DNA of 64,000 bases from the human T2T-CHM13v2.0 reference genome, Homo sapiens. The stretch spans positions 35,424,001-35,488,000 of the forward strand of contig CP068257.2 in NCBI GenBank assembly GCA_009914755.4, in the 5' to 3' direction. Position numbers and translations under genes: made by a program. Below the pieces are notes generated by a model. That model did no database searches and had not been told where the DNA came from. It worked only from the letters and a program-made list of their open reading frames with translations. Of the stretch, positions 62,521 through 64,000 are shown one piece after another (the first letter of the stretch is position 1; each line of letters starts with the position of its first letter).

Positions 62521-62826
62521 GGCCAGGCATGGTGACTCACGCCTGTAATCCCAGCACTTTGGGAGGCCGAGGTGGGAGGATCACCAGAGGTCAGGAGTTC
62601 GAGACCAGCCTGGCCAACATGGTGAAACCCTTTCTCTACTACAACTACAAAAATTAGCTGGGCGTGGTGGTAGGTGCTTCTAATCTCAGTTACTCGGGAG
62701 GCTGAGGCAGGAGAATTGCTTGAACGTGGGAGGCGGAGGTTGCAGTGAGCCAAAGTAGCGCCATTGCGCTCCAGCCTCGGCGACGAGCAAAACTCCGTCT
62801 CAAAAAAAAAAAAAAAAAAAGAAAGA
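62521..62826 (+). mobile_element. Alu SINE with 15-bp TSD gaagtgcctttgaag
   Basis: ggccaggcatggtgactcacgcctgtaatcccagcactttgggaggccgaggtgggaggatcaccagaggtcaggagttcgagaccagcctggccaacatggtgaaaccc...ctccgtctcaaaaaaaaaaaaaaaaaaagaaag. The motif gaagtgcctttgaag directly precedes the Alu and directly follows its poly-A. Confidence 0.9.
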
Positions 62827-64000
62827 AGTGCCTTTGAAGCATCCAAATTCCAATGTTGTGTAGGTAGTGAGTTATATGGGTCTGGAACTCAAAGGAGGGT
62901 TTGGATGGGAAACATGTTTGGAATAGCCAGCCTCCATGATTTGAAGTTGTAGATGTGGGTGAGACTGCTTACAGAGAAGTTTTTCTCAACCTGGACTGCA
63001 CTTTGGAATCACTGAACTTTGACAAATACCACCCACCCCAGAGATTCTGATTCAATTAACCTAGAGTAAAGCTTGGGCATTGGGCTTCTAGGAACTCCCC
63101 AGATGGTACTAATGTGCAGTCACGGTTGAGACCCACTGGCCTAGAGAGAACCTAGGCTGAGACTAGGAGAGGAATCAGGATTGAGCCTTGAACACATATG
63201 GCCAATTGGAGAAGGATGAGCCTGCCCAGGAGATTATTAAAATGTGACCAGAGAGGTGGAACAAAGACTAAGTGTGGTGTCATAGAAGTAAGTAAAAGAG
63301 TGGTCAGCAGTGTCTGTTGGCTACTGAGAAGCCAGTTACAGTGGAACTTAGATTTGGCAACATGGACATCATTCACTAACCTTAGGGGGAGCTGTCAGTG
63401 GGAAGCTTGAAACATGCCAATTAGATGGGGTTGAGAAATGCAAGGAAATGGAGACAGCTAGCGTAGGCAGCTTTTAAAGGTATTTGGGGAGAGAGACCCA
63501 GGGTGAGTCTCTTTAAATGGTAAAGAAAACTTACCTTATTCAAGAGTTCCAGAAGAAGGTGGCACTAGGGTTGTATATTCAGTGGCTCAACAATGTCATC
63601 AGAGACTTAGATTTTTCCAGCCTCAGTGTGTGACTTGGTCCTCAGGCTGTCCCCTCAGAATGTAGGATGGCTGCTGTAATTCAGACATCTTTAGCAGAAG
63701 AAGGACAACTTTGTCTTATGTCCTTTAAAAAAAATCTTAATACACATGCTGAAAAGTATACAAGTGTTAAGTGCAGCTGGAATTTTCAGAAGTCAAACAA
63801 CTGTAACCAGCATGCAGATCACAACCCCAGTACCCCAGAAGTTCCTCTTAGTCATGACCCTCCTCCTAGTCATGATCCATCTCCTCCCCCAGGAGAACTA
63901 CCATCCTGGCTTCCAGTGGTTAATTTTGCCTATTTTAGTACAATGTAATGAAATAATATACTATGTGTTCTTTTATGTTTGGTTTTCAGCATCGTTTTTG

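Overview
This window is human genomic DNA, not a prokaryotic locus. It matches chr21q22.13 around the head-to-head gene pair PIGP (minus strand) and TTC3 (plus strand), which share a CpG-island bidirectional promoter at about 30.7-32.6 kb. I reconstructed both genes directly from splice signals and reading frame.

PIGP:
- All four coding exons are present on the minus strand at 30616-30769, 27734-27806, 25443-25561 and 23763-23893.
- From the upstream ATG they total 477 nt, giving 158 aa; from the internal ATG they give the 134-aa form beginning [17 protein letters not shown]...

TTC3:
- The first nine coding exons are present on the plus strand, running from the ATG exon at 45441-45584 to the exon at 54793-54855.
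- Translated, they begin MDNFAEGDFTVADYALLEDCPHVDDC... and reach ...ALCFLRTGQF.
- A probable non-coding exon 1 lies in the CpG island with its donor at 31549/31550.

The first ~23.5 kb, downstream of the PIGP 3' end, is intergenic and dominated by repeats. The window holds roughly 30 Alu copies in total, several of them young AluY elements with intact target-site duplications (TSDs). The repeat content includes:
- A near-full-length old primate L1 at about 4.69-11.1 kb. It is disrupted by stop codons, carries three nested Alu insertions, and is truncated at its 3' end by a fourth Alu.
- A U6 snRNA retropseudogene with a poly-A tail at 3719-3833.
- Two THE1-type MaLR solo LTRs in inverted orientation.
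- Several MIR elements.
- An ancient antisense L1 complex in TTC3 intron 1, and an L1 3' fragment in a later intron.
- A MADE1 mariner MITE at 60764-60837.
- GT microsatellites, an 18-bp ×5 minisatellite at 21685-21774, and a compound (GGC)7(GCT)6 repeat in the probable TTC3 5' exon.

I find no CRISPR arrays, no operons and no signatures of a prokaryotic system. The long ORFs in the six-frame track outside the exons above are compositional (GC-rich CpG island) or repeat-derived (Alu, L1). The observations worth a second look are about promoter architecture, the two PIGP start codons, repeat polymorphism and inverted-Alu structure, not a new gene system.
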